Part shown: in pieces, positions 38,536 to 55,319 of the stretch | Layout of the letters: each line of letters starts with the position of its first letter | Numbering within the stretch: the stretch's first letter is position 1 | From: Escherichia coli | GTDB lineage: Bacteria > Pseudomonadota > Gammaproteobacteria > Enterobacterales > Enterobacteriaceae | Reading direction: 5' to 3' (one strand) | Assembly (NCBI RefSeq): GCF_001677475.2 | Contig: NZ_CP015229.1 | DNA length: 64,000 nucleotides | The notes under the pieces: model-generated | What the model saw: only the letters and a program-made list of their open reading frames with translations | Databases searched by the model: none | Told to the model about the DNA's origin: nothing | Program-made: the position numbers and the translations under genes

Positions 38536-38611
38536 ATCGAGTTCCTTAGATTTTCCTAAGGAAACTAGATCGTAGAGAAACCTAAGTCAATAAAAATTAG
38601 AATTCCCTAAT
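38536..38611 (+). promoter_or_regulatory. Divergent promoter/operator region between dicC and dicA
   Basis: Palindrome TTCCTTAG-ATTTTC-CTAAGGAA (38542-38563) plus further ACCTAAG half-sites. Confidence 0.6.
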
Positions 38612-39019
38612 ATGAAAAACGAAACCTTCGGTGCTCGCCTCTTACATAGGCGTAAAAAATTAAAACTGTCTCAGGCCGCATTAGGTAAGCTGGTCAAAGT
38701 GGCTCACGTAACAATTTCTCAATGGGAAAGAGATGAAACACAGCCGGCGGGGAAAAGATTATTCGCACTGAGCCAAGCGCTTCAGTGCTCACCGACTTGG
38801 CTTCTTTTTGGGGATGAAGATAAACAACCAGGCGAACCGATCCCGGATAATCAGCCAGCCATTCTGACAGAAGATCAAAAAGAGTTACTTCAACTGTTCG
38901 ACGCACTGCCTGAGTCAGAGCAAAAGGCCCTGTTGTCAGAGATGCGTGCTCGAGTTGAAAATTTCAACAAACTTTTTGAAGAACTACTCAAAGCTCGCAA
39001 AAGAAGCGCAAACAAATAA
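38612..39019 (+). CDS. dicA: Prophage repressor DicA-like (XRE HTH, no LexA-type peptidase domain)
   Basis: 135 aa; LSQAALGKLVKVAHVTISQWERDETQP...CSPTWLLFGDEDKQP...NFNKLFEELLKARKR resembles DicA. Confidence 0.8.
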   Translation: MKNETFGARLLHRRKKLKLSQAALGKLVKVAHVTISQWERDETQPAGKRLFALSQALQCSPTWLLFGDEDKQPGEPIPDNQPAILTEDQKELLQLFDALPESEQKALLSEMRARVENFNKLFEELLKARKRSANK

Positions 39020-39079
39020 CCCCCTTTTTTCTCCACACCCTGTAATAAAAAGCACAAAATTTCAAACAATTGTGTTTTT

Positions 39080-39150
39080 TACATCAAAAAACTTAGGTTT
39101 TTCTACATAAACAGCTTGACCACATACCTTAGGTTATTCTAAATTTCATT
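39080..39150 (+). promoter_or_regulatory. Second operator cluster (OL-like) downstream of dicA
   Basis: Repeated CTTAGG/CCTAAG half-sites (AAACTTAGGTTTTTC ... ATACCTTAGGTTATTC) like those between dicC and dicA. Confidence 0.45.
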
Positions 39151-39221
39151 CATCAAGACACCGCACGGTGTTCTCAGCAAACAGTTCCGCTACCCCAGCG
39201 TTAAGGGGAAATGAGGTCAGC

Positions 39222-39377
39222 ATGGATACTATCGATCTTGGTAACAACGAATCTCTGGTGTGCGGCGTGTTCCCAAACCAGGACGGCACATTCACCGCGA
39301 TGACGTATACCAGAAGCAAAACGTTTAAAACCGAAGCTGGCGCGCGTCGCTGGCTGGAAAGAAATTCAGGTGAGTGA
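39222..39377 (+). CDS. ydfA: YdfA-like small protein (DUF1391)
   Basis: 51 aa MDTIDLGNNESLVCGVFPNQDGTFTAMTYTRSKTFKTEAGARRWLERNSGE; SD GGGGAAATGAGG. Confidence 0.6.
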   Translation: MDTIDLGNNESLVCGVFPNQDGTFTAMTYTRSKTFKTEAGARRWLERNSGE

Positions 39378-39378
39378 T

Positions 39379-39507
39379 ATGGATTTCGACGCAATCATGG
39401 AAAAGGCTTACGAAGAATACTTCGAAGGCCTTGCCGAAGGCGAAGAAGCTCTCAGCTTCAGTGAGTTTAAACAGACGCTTTCCAGTTCGGCAAAATCTAA
39501 CGACTGA
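39379..39507 (+). CDS. ydfB: YdfB-like small acidic protein
   Basis: 42 aa MDFDAIMEKAYEEYFEGLAEGEEALSFSEFKQTLSSSAKSND; start 1 nt after ydfA stop. Confidence 0.5.
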   Translation: MDFDAIMEKAYEEYFEGLAEGEEALSFSEFKQTLSSSAKSND

Positions 39508-39536
39508 TAAGAGAAGCGGCACCGCGAGGAATCAGT

Positions 39537-39752
39537 ATGCAGAAACGAGAACCCGTCATCATCGCACCAGACTATACCGAGGATGAAATTTACGAATGGA
39601 TGTGCGGAAAGATACGCGCCATTAATTACCTGAAGCAGGCCGCTGACTACAAAGAGCGCCTCTCTAAAGAACTGGTGTCAGCGGAGCAGGATATTACCAC
39701 TCTGGCAAAAAGCGCGGCATTAAACGTTTCGCGAGTGACTGAAAACTACTGA
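39537..39752 (+). CDS. ydfC: YdfC-like protein
   Basis: 71 aa MQKREPVIIAPDYTEDEIYEWMCGKIRA... Confidence 0.55.
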   Translation: MQKREPVIIAPDYTEDEIYEWMCGKIRAINYLKQAADYKERLSKELVSAEQDITTLAKSAALNVSRVTENY

Positions 39753-39841
39753 CCACTGAGCTCAAGTAGTTCTCCACAGATGAAGTGCGTGCGCCGGACA
39801 CGGATAAACCTCCGGCATGCTCTTTAACAATCTGGATATTC

Positions 39842-40288
39842 CTAACCACAAAGAAATCGCATCAATTTGGATTTTGTGGGCAACTTCTCTTGTTGTTCGA
39901 TGGAGACGCCCATTTTGATCTGTGTTTTTAAGATCGCAATATCTTTAAGTGATGACCAAATATGACCATCTGTTTTTTCCAGAATTTTTAACTGAATTTT
40001 CAATTCCGAATCAGAATATTTTTCTGCATCATCAAAAAGCTGCAAATATTCTGCGGATTTTCTCATGGCATTACCTGACTTTTGTCCGAATCCATAAATC
40101 GTTTGGACGGTTGCGATCACAACAATAAAAACGCCAGAAATTTCCGGAATGAATCCGCCAATGACAGATGAACCGAGGATAACACTCACTACTGAGAGAA
40201 GTTTATCGAGACGACCAGTCGCTACAGAAAATAGTTGCTCAAGAAAATAGCCATATAAAATTCTGTCAAGAATATCATCCCGGTCCAT
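39842..40288 (-). CDS. Hypothetical two-TM membrane protein (accessory, antisense to dicB operon)
   Basis: 148 aa, SD AGGTGA; adjacent TM helices LLSVVSVILGSSVIGGFI and ISGVFIVVIATVQTIYGF; low-GC DNA. Confidence 0.55.
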   Translation of the reverse strand: MDRDDILDRILYGYFLEQLFSVATGRLDKLLSVVSVILGSSVIGGFIPEISGVFIVVIATVQTIYGFGQKSGNAMRKSAEYLQLFDDAEKYSDSELKIQLKILEKTDGHIWSSLKDIAILKTQIKMGVSIEQQEKLPTKSKLMRFLCG

Positions 40289-40294
40289 ACATCA

Positions 40295-40442
40295 TCACCT
40301 GCTTGTTTGGTTGTTGCTGTTCCCCCTCTCCTCCGAAGGAGTTGGAGATGGTTTTGGTCGAATGTTTTTCTCTGGTATGTGATCCCAGACTGTTTTATGC
40401 GTCGAATTGCCACCACCTGCTTGTGCTCTTTGCTCTGTCATA
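40295..40442 (-). CDS. Hypothetical 48-aa Pro/Gly/Asn-rich peptide upstream of the 2-TM protein (longer 87-aa frame to 40558 possible)
   Basis: MTEQRAQAGGGNSTHKTVWDHIPEKNIRPKPSPTPSEERGNSNNQTSR with SD AAGGAAA; stop 7 nt before next gene. Confidence 0.4.
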
Positions 40443-40746
40443 TGATTTCCTTGGATCGTTGGGGATATCCAGATTATACAGATTTCCTGTCGTTGGGGAA
40501 TGACGGAAACCACCTCGCCTGACGTGGTTAAAAGCAGGCACACAACACGAAAGCGCACGGCGAAGTTCGTCTCACTGTACGGTGTCGGTAAATTTAATTC
40601 GACCGTGCGCTTCCGGTTGTGGCACTCCGCGAAATGACGCGGCGGTAAGTATGGCGGGGTTATTCTTTCCCCGTTGAGGACACCGGGTTGTCAGGTTGAC
40701 CATACGCTTAAGTGACAACCCCGCTGCAACGCCCTCTGTTATCAAT

Positions 40747-40799
40747 ATTCTGGTGACATTTGGCGGTATCAGTTTTACTCCGTGACTGCTCTGCCGCCC
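40747..40799 (+). ncRNA. dicF: DicF small RNA
   Basis: TTCTGGTGACATTTGGCGGTATCAGTTTTACTCCGTGACTGCTCTGCCGCCC followed by TTTTT, matches DicF sRNA upstream of dicB. Confidence 0.8.
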
Positions 40800-40983
40800 T
40801 TTTTAAAAGTGAATTTTGTGATGCGGTGAATGCGGCTCAGCGCACGCGGAACAGTTAAATCGGTAAAGAGGTCATTTGCTGAGTAACGGGAATGCTCTGT
40901 ATCCGGCGTTAATTGTTAACTGGTTAACGTCACCTGGAGGCACCAGGCACTGCATCACAAAATTCATTGTTGAGGACGCGATA

Positions 40984-41172
40984 ATGGAAAAGTTATCATG
41001 CAATGCCAGTACGTCTGAACTTCGTTTCGAAATTGGCGTTATCACTGGAGAAAAAACATTTATTGAAGACGCCATTAAGCAGAGAAAACTCGAGCAGGAC
41101 CTGTTAAATGAAGTATGCATTCCTTCAATGCTGGCTCGTCTGGACCTGCTGCAAAAAGGATATAAACAATGA
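40984..41172 (+). CDS. dicB: Cell-division inhibitor DicB
   Basis: 62 aa MEKLSCNASTSELRFEIGVITGEKTFIEDAIKQRKLEQDLLNEVCIPSMLARLDLLQKGYKQ. Confidence 0.8.
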   Translation: MEKLSCNASTSELRFEIGVITGEKTFIEDAIKQRKLEQDLLNEVCIPSMLARLDLLQKGYKQ

Positions 41173-41360
41173 ATACAACATTTGCACTCGTTCTGACAGT
41201 TTATCTTGTTTCCGGCGAATCTCTTGAGCTGGTGACTGGCTTATACGGTTCAATGAAAGAATGCATGGCTGCCGCAGCAGAACAAAAAATTCCCGGTAAC
41301 TGTTATCCGGTAGATAAAGCTACTCACACTAATAATAACGAAATACCGGCGGGACTTTAA
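41169..41360 (+). CDS. ydfD: YdfD-like small protein with N-terminal hydrophobic segment
   Basis: 63 aa MNTTFALVLTVYLVSGESLEL...; overlaps dicB stop. Confidence 0.55.
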   Translation: MNTTFALVLTVYLVSGESLELVTGLYGSMKECMAAAAEQKIPGNCYPVDKATHTNNNEIPAGL

Positions 41361-41453
41361 AACAGCACCGAAATAAACATCCGGTTTCATTTTTATATGC
41401 CAGCAATGGCAGGGATTTGTTCACCCTTAAATCTGTAATGAGGTTAAAACAAA

Positions 41454-43925
41454 ATGAATAAAGTCTTTATTTGCGCAGCTATTCCGGACGAACAGGCAAT
41501 AAAGGAAGAAGGTGCAGTCGCTGTGGCCTCTGCCATTGAAGCCGGTGACGAGCGCCGCGCCCGTGCCAAATTTACCTGGCAATTCCTGGAGCAATATCCG
41601 GCTGCTCAGGACTGCGCTTATAAATTTCTTGTCTGTGAGGATAAACCCGGCATGCCCCGCCCTGCCATTGACTCCTGGGATACCGAATATATGCAGGAAA
41701 ACCGCTGGGATGAGGAATGCGCTTCCTTTGTTCCGGTCGAACCAGAATCCGATCCGATGAACGTCAATTTTGACAAGCTGTCCCCTGAAGTACAGAACGC
41801 GGTCCTGATTAAGTTCGGTACATGTGAAAACATCACCGTTGATATGGCGATTGACGCTCAGGAATTACTGCAGGAAGACGTGGCTACCTTTGACGGGCAT
41901 ATCGTTGAAGCACTGATGAAAACGCCTGAAATTAACGCTATGTATCCGGAACGCAAACTGTTCGCTATCGGATGGGTTAAACACAAATGTAAGCCGGGTA
42001 CCAAATGGACCGAAATTCAGGCTGAATTACGTAACTGGAAAAAACGGCAGGACGCAGAGCGCAAAGAGACTGGAAAATACACGTCTGTTGTTGATCTTGC
42101 CCGCGCCAGAGTCAACCGACATAGCACTGAAAACTCAGCAGAAAAAATCAATTCTGTCACTGCCGCCATTCGTCGCGAATACAAGCAGACCTGGAAAACA
42201 CTGGATAAAGAACTGGCCTATGCTCTCTGGCCTGGTGACATTGATGTCCGGAACATTGACGGCAGCATCCATAGATGGGCAAAAAATGAAGTTATCGACA
42301 AGGATCGCGAAGACTGGAAACGCATCTCCGCATCAATGCGCAAACAGCCTGATGCGATTCGCTACAGCCGTCAGACGATTTTTGGCCTTGTTCGTGAACG
42401 TCCGGTCGACATTCACAAAGACCCCGTGGCACTGAATAAATACATCACTGAATACCTTGCGACAAAGGGCGTGTTTGAAGATGAAGAAGAAGATCAGAGC
42501 GTTGTTGATGTTCTCCAGTCGTCAGCATCACAAACTGATGCAGTGGAAACTGAAGTACCTGATACCCAAAAAAATGAAAGCGCGCTGGAAGATGAATCAT
42601 CTGTAGAGCGTGAGGGGCCGTTCTACTTCCTCTTCAGCGATAAGGATGGAGAAAAATACGGTCGCGCAAACAAACTTTCAGGTCTGAATAAGGCGCTCGC
42701 TGCAGGGGCTACTGAAATCACGAAAGAAGAATATTTTGCTCGAAAAAACGGTACATACTCAGGTTCACAACAAAATACTGGTGCATCTGACACGACCGCA
42801 CAACCAGAGCCGGTAAAAGTTACTGCTGACGAAGTGAACAAAATTATGCAGGCAGCCAATATCAGCCTGCCTGACGCCAGTCAGTTGCTCGCTGCATCAC
42901 GTGGTGAATTTGTTGCAGGGATTAGCGACCCGAATGATCTGAAATGGATTAAAGGGATCCAGACCCGCGATTCTATGAACCAAAACCAGCAAGAAACGGA
43001 ACAGAACGACCAGAAAGCGGAACAAAGCAGCCCAAATGCGCAACAAAACGAGCCAGAAACGAAACAATCCGAACCAGTAGTGCAACAGGAACCGGAAAAA
43101 GTCTGCACCGCCTGCGGTCAGAGCGGTGGCGGCAACTGCCCCGATTGTGGCGCGGTCATGGGCAACGCAACATACCAGGAAACATTCGATGAAGAGAATC
43201 AGGTTGAAGCTCAGGAGAATGATCCGGAGGAAATGGAAGGCGCTGAACATCCACACAAGGAGAACACTGGCGGCAATCAGCATCACGCCAGCGATAGTGA
43301 AACTGGCGAGACGGCAGATCCCTTAATTACGGTGAACAGTCATCACGTTATCACATCCACCAGCAGGACGTGTGACCATCTAATGATCGACCTTGAAGCC
43401 ATGGGAATAAATCCTGATGCCCCGATTATCTCAATAGGTGCAATATTTTTCGATCCGCAAACCGGAGATATGGGACCGGAATTTAGTAAGACTGTCGATC
43501 TGGAAACTGCTGGCGGAGTCATTGATCGGGACGCCATTAAATGGTGGCTTAAGCAATCACGCGAAGCGCAATCTGCCATTATGACCGATGAAATCCCGTT
43601 AGATGATGCACTGTTACAATTGCGGGAATTTATCGACGAAAACTCCGGTGAATTTTTTGTTCAGGTCTGGGGAAATGGAGCAAACTTCGACAACACGATT
43701 TTGCGCCGTTCATACGAACGGCAGGGGATCCCCTGCCCGTGGCGTTACTACAACGATCGCGATGTGCGCACAATCGTTGAGCTGGGGAAAGCCATAGACT
43801 TCGATGCCAGAACTGCTATCCCATTCGAAGGTGAGCGCCATAATGCACTTGATGACGCTCGTTACCAGGCAAAATACGTTTCAGCTATCTGGCAAAAACT
43901 GATCCCGAGTCAGGCTGATTTTTAA
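41454..43925 (+). CDS. Large prophage exonuclease (YdfE/RecE-position) with Zn-ribbon and C-terminal DEDDh 3'-5' exonuclease domain
   Basis: 823 aa; CTACGQSGGGNCPDCG ribbon; C-terminal DnaQ-like motifs (MIDLEAMG..., HNALDDARY). Confidence 0.65.
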   Translation: MNKVFICAAIPDEQAIKEEGAVAVASAIEAGDERRARAKFTWQFLEQYPAAQDCAYKFLVCEDKPGMPRPAIDSWDTEYMQENRWDEECASFVPVEPESDPMNVNFDKLSPEVQNAVLIKFGTCENITVDMAIDAQELLQEDVATFDGHIVEALMKTPEINAMYPERKLFAIGWVKHKCKPGTKWTEIQAELRNWKKRQDAERKETGKYTSVVDLARARVNRHSTENSAEKINSVTAAIRREYKQTWKTLDKELAYALWPGDIDVRNIDGSIHRWAKNEVIDKDREDWKRISASMRKQPDAIRYSRQTIFGLVRERPVDIHKDPVALNKYITEYLATKGVFEDEEEDQSVVDVLQSSASQTDAVETEVPDTQKNESALEDESSVEREGPFYFLFSDKDGEKYGRANKLSGLNKALAAGATEITKEEYFARKNGTYSGSQQNTGASDTTAQPEPVKVTADEVNKIMQAANISLPDASQLLAASRGEFVAGISDPNDLKWIKGIQTRDSMNQNQQETEQNDQKAEQSSPNAQQNEPETKQSEPVVQQEPEKVCTACGQSGGGNCPDCGAVMGNATYQETFDEENQVEAQENDPEEMEGAEHPHKENTGGNQHHASDSETGETADPLITVNSHHVITSTSRTCDHLMIDLEAMGINPDAPIISIGAIFFDPQTGDMGPEFSKTVDLETAGGVIDRDAIKWWLKQSREAQSAIMTDEIPLDDALLQLREFIDENSGEFFVQVWGNGANFDNTILRRSYERQGIPCPWRYYNDRDVRTIVELGKAIDFDARTAIPFEGERHNALDDARYQAKYVSAIWQKLIPSQADF

Positions 43926-43977
43926 TGTTCAACCCTAATTGCCGCTAACCGTATATAGTTAGCGGCGGTTATGAGAT

Positions 43978-44187
43978 ATGGCTATGAGCAGCTTATTTTT
44001 AACCGAAGATGAATTGCTAATATTAACGGGCTGCAAATATGCAAGCCACCAGCGAAAATGGTTAATGGAAAACGGGCTTCCGTTCTATACCAATCGTAGT
44101 GGCAAACCGATTGTCAGCCGGGATCTATTTACCTGCAATAAAACTTTACCACCACGCGAGGTAGAGCCGAATTTTGGTGCAATCTGA
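43978..44187 (+). CDS. xis: Excisionase-like protein
   Basis: 69-aa ORF immediately upstream of and overlapping integrase start. Confidence 0.6.
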   Translation: MAMSSLFLTEDELLILTGCKYASHQRKWLMENGLPFYTNRSGKPIVSRDLFTCNKTLPPREVEPNFGAI

Positions 44188-45212
44188 TGGGAAGACGAAG
44201 GAAAAATCCTGAACACGAAAAATTACCTCCAAATGTATACCCAAATAAATATAGTTATGTATGGAAACCAACATCCAGAGAATCTGTCACACTAACCGCC
44301 ATCAAGGATGGTTTAGCTGCTTTATGGAAAAAGTATGAGGAAACTGTAAATAATCGCGATCGCGCAATGACATTCGGTCGCTTGTGGGAAAAATTCCTCG
44401 CCAGCGCCTATTACAGTGACCTCAGTCCAAGAACACAAAAAGATTATCTGCAACATCAAAAAAAGTTGCTTGCCGTATTCGGTAAGGTGCCGGCAGATTC
44501 CATAAAACCAGAACACATCCGTCGATACATGGACAAGAGAGGGGAACAGAGTAAAACGCAAGCCAACCATGAAAAAAGCAGTATGTCCCGCGTTTACAAT
44601 TGGGGGTATGAGCGAGGGTACGTGAAGGGTAACCCATGTGCAGGTGTAAGTAAATTCAAGGCCAAAAACCGCGAACGATATGTAACCGACAAAGAATACC
44701 AGGCAGTATTAAGTGTTGCACCTCTTCCTGTTTTTATCGCAATGGAAATTGCCTATCTGTGTGCAGCGAGGGTTTCCGATGTGTTATCACTGAAATGGGA
44801 GCAGATTGGAAACGACGGGATCTTTATCCAGCAAGGGAAAACAGGGAAAAAACAGATAAAAGCATGGAGTCCACGATTACAGGCGGCGATCGAAAAAGCA
44901 AAACAGTTACCAACATCTGCCTATGTAATCAGCAATCAATATGGCAACCGATATATGTACAAAGGTTTTAACGAAATGTGGGTAGAAGCAAGAAATCACG
45001 CAGGCAAAATTTCAGGTATTTTAACCGACTTCACCTTTCATGATCTGAAGGCGAAAGGAATTTCAGACTATGAAGGAAGCAGCCGGGATAAGCAACTTTT
45101 CTCTGGTCACAAAACCGAAGGGCAAGTGCTAATCTATGACAGAAAGGTTAAAGTTTCACCAACACTTGATGTCCCGTTACCTGATAATATTCCAAGAAAA
45201 TATTCCAAGTAA
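44187..45212 (+). CDS. int: Tyrosine integrase
   Basis: 341 aa; C-terminal catalytic region with R...HDLKAKG...GHKTEGQVLIY; 3' end 43 nt from serU. Confidence 0.9.
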   Translation: MGRRRKNPEHEKLPPNVYPNKYSYVWKPTSRESVTLTAIKDGLAALWKKYEETVNNRDRAMTFGRLWEKFLASAYYSDLSPRTQKDYLQHQKKLLAVFGKVPADSIKPEHIRRYMDKRGEQSKTQANHEKSSMSRVYNWGYERGYVKGNPCAGVSKFKAKNRERYVTDKEYQAVLSVAPLPVFIAMEIAYLCAARVSDVLSLKWEQIGNDGIFIQQGKTGKKQIKAWSPRLQAAIEKAKQLPTSAYVISNQYGNRYMYKGFNEMWVEARNHAGKISGILTDFTFHDLKAKGISDYEGSSRDKQLFSGHKTEGQVLIYDRKVKVSPTLDVPLPDNIPRKYSK

Positions 45213-45254
45213 TTCCAAGTGTGATTTTTGTCACTGACTTAATGATGTGTAAGT

Positions 45255-45344
45255 GATTGAATTTTGGCGGAGAGAGGGGGATTTGAACCCCCGGTGGAGT
45301 TGCCCCCACTCCGGTTTTCGAGACCGGTCCGTTCAGCCGCTCCG
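45255..45344 (-). tRNA. serU: tRNA-Ser (anticodon CGA), serU; prophage attachment site
   Basis: 90-nt tRNA with long variable arm, anticodon loop CUCGAAA, GGTTCAAATCC T-arm, CCA end. Confidence 0.9.
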
Positions 45345-45447
45345 GCATCTCTCCGTTCAGATGGTTGCCATGATGCCAGGAAATTTGGCATTTTAACAGT
45401 CCCTGTCCGTGCAATTTTGTTCAAGTGACGAGTTTGCGAGCAAAACG

Positions 45448-46245
45448 ATGATTAAGTGGCCCTGGAAAGTACAAGAATCAGCACATCAAACTGCCCTTCC
45501 CTGGCAGGAAGCACTATCGATCCCCCTTTTAACGTGTCTGACGGAACAGGAACAAAGCAAATTAGTCACTCTTGCCGAACGTTTTTTACAGCAAAAACGG
45601 CTTGTTCCTTTACAGGGCTTTGAACTGGATTCATTAAGAAGCTGCCGGATAGCACTTCTATTTTGCCTGCCCGTTCTGGAGTTAGGACTGGAATGGCTGG
45701 ATGGTTTTCATGAAGTCTTAATTTATCCTGCGCCATTTGTGGTCGATGATGAATGGGAAGACGATATCGGTCTGGTGCATAACCAACGTATTGTTCAGTC
45801 AGGTCAGAGCTGGCAGCAAGGGCCTATCGTTTTGAACTGGTTGGATATACAAGATTCTTTTGATGCTTCTGGTTTTAACCTGATTATTCATGAAGTCGCT
45901 CATAAGCTGGACACCCGTAACGGCGATCGCGCCAGTGGAGTTCCCTTTATTCCGTTGCGTGAGGTTGCTGGCTGGGAACACGATCTTCATGCTGCAATGA
46001 ACAACATTCAGGAAGAAATCGAATTAGTTGGCGAGAATGCGGCGAGCATTGATGCTTATGCTGCCAGTGATCCTGCTGAATGTTTTGCCGTACTTTCTGA
46101 ATATTTCTTTAACGCCCCAGAACTTTTTGCTCCTCGTTTCCCTTCATTGTGGCAACGTTTCTGCCAATTTTATCAACAAGATCCTTTGCAGAGACTGCAT
46201 CACGCTAATGATACAGACTCGTTTTCGGCGACGAATGTTCATTAA
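45448..46245 (+). CDS. mtfA: Mlc titration factor MtfA (zinc peptidase)
   Basis: From MIKWPWKVQ...; HEVAHKLD zinc-binding motif; precedes asnT. Confidence 0.85.
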   Translation: MIKWPWKVQESAHQTALPWQEALSIPLLTCLTEQEQSKLVTLAERFLQQKRLVPLQGFELDSLRSCRIALLFCLPVLELGLEWLDGFHEVLIYPAPFVVDDEWEDDIGLVHNQRIVQSGQSWQQGPIVLNWLDIQDSFDASGFNLIIHEVAHKLDTRNGDRASGVPFIPLREVAGWEHDLHAAMNNIQEEIELVGENAASIDAYAASDPAECFAVLSEYFFNAPELFAPRFPSLWQRFCQFYQQDPLQRLHHANDTDSFSATNVH

Positions 46246-46345
46246 TTAACAACTTTGCAGATTAATTAACCAATTGAAATGACTTATGAAATTTAGTGTT
46301 GACAGACAAGGTACCGCTAAGTAATATGCGCCCCGTTCACACGAT

Positions 46346-46421
46346 TCCTCTGTAGTTCAGTCGGTAGAACGGCGGACTGTTAATCCGTATGTCACTGGTT
46401 CGAGTCCAGTCAGAGGAGCCA
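46346..46421 (+). tRNA. asnT: tRNA-Asn (GUU)
   Basis: TCCTCTGTAGTTCAGTCGGTAGAACGGCGGACTGTTAATCCGT...GGTTCGAGTCC...CCA. Confidence 0.95.
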
Positions 46422-46734
46422 AATTCTAAAAATTCGCTTTTTTAGCGCAATGTCACTGACCTTAGTTGAACATTGTTTTTTAACGGATAGCGGTTTTTTA
46501 ACATCTTAAGCGCCCTCGACCTTTATGGTTGAGGGCGTTTTGCTATGAACGCCATCACCATTTTCCCCTCGATTATAAAACTTGAGTTATTCAGTAGTCT
46601 CCCCTCTTGCAACTCACACCCAAAACTGCCTAACGAAAAGTTATTAATTTTCAATCATATTGCTATCAGGATTTACATTTTTTCGCTGTGCTAGAAAGGG
46701 CGCATTTATGTTAGCTCGTTCAGGGAAGGTCAGC

Positions 46735-54738
<8,004 letters not shown>

Positions 54739-55319
54739 TTTTTCGTTATAATTTCTTACAGAGTGCTCCATTCGGGGCGCTCTGCTTTTACATTCGTTTA
54801 CTGTCAAACGCTCTATTAATATACCTGCATTTCCCATACCCCCCTGTTAGTTTGAAGATAGTCGAGCCTCCTTACTTTTTTTATAAAAGCTTTCACACAC
54901 GATATAACCACCTGTTCCACGCCAGCAGGAAACGAAGTACATGAGCTATTTTTGATAGCTATGATTGTTGCTATGTAGTCAAATTACGTTAATGTTTAGC
55001 TAATTACATCAAGAAGGAAGATATGTTAGGACGTACAAACAACATTAATTCATATTTCAATATTACAAATTACATCAGTACCACTCATAATAATGTATGC
55101 CTGTTAACGGAGATTTAAGTTCAGGTTGTCTTATTTATGATGGTGAAATACATTACAATGTTTTAGTTCCACCTGAATCGCGTTCGGTGTGACTATGATC
55201 ATTTTCGGTGAGTACTGCTTTGATCCAAAGGCTGGTTTTCTGTGATGATTAACCAGCCTCAGGGTATTGATGACACCACCGTTCATAACAGATCGGCATT
55301 ACTTTGCATACGTACTGCT

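Noticed and set aside
39146-39394. 82-aa minus-strand ORF and the 39374-39586 plus-strand ORF
   Set aside because: Antisense to or out of frame with the better-supported ydfA and ydfB small genes.
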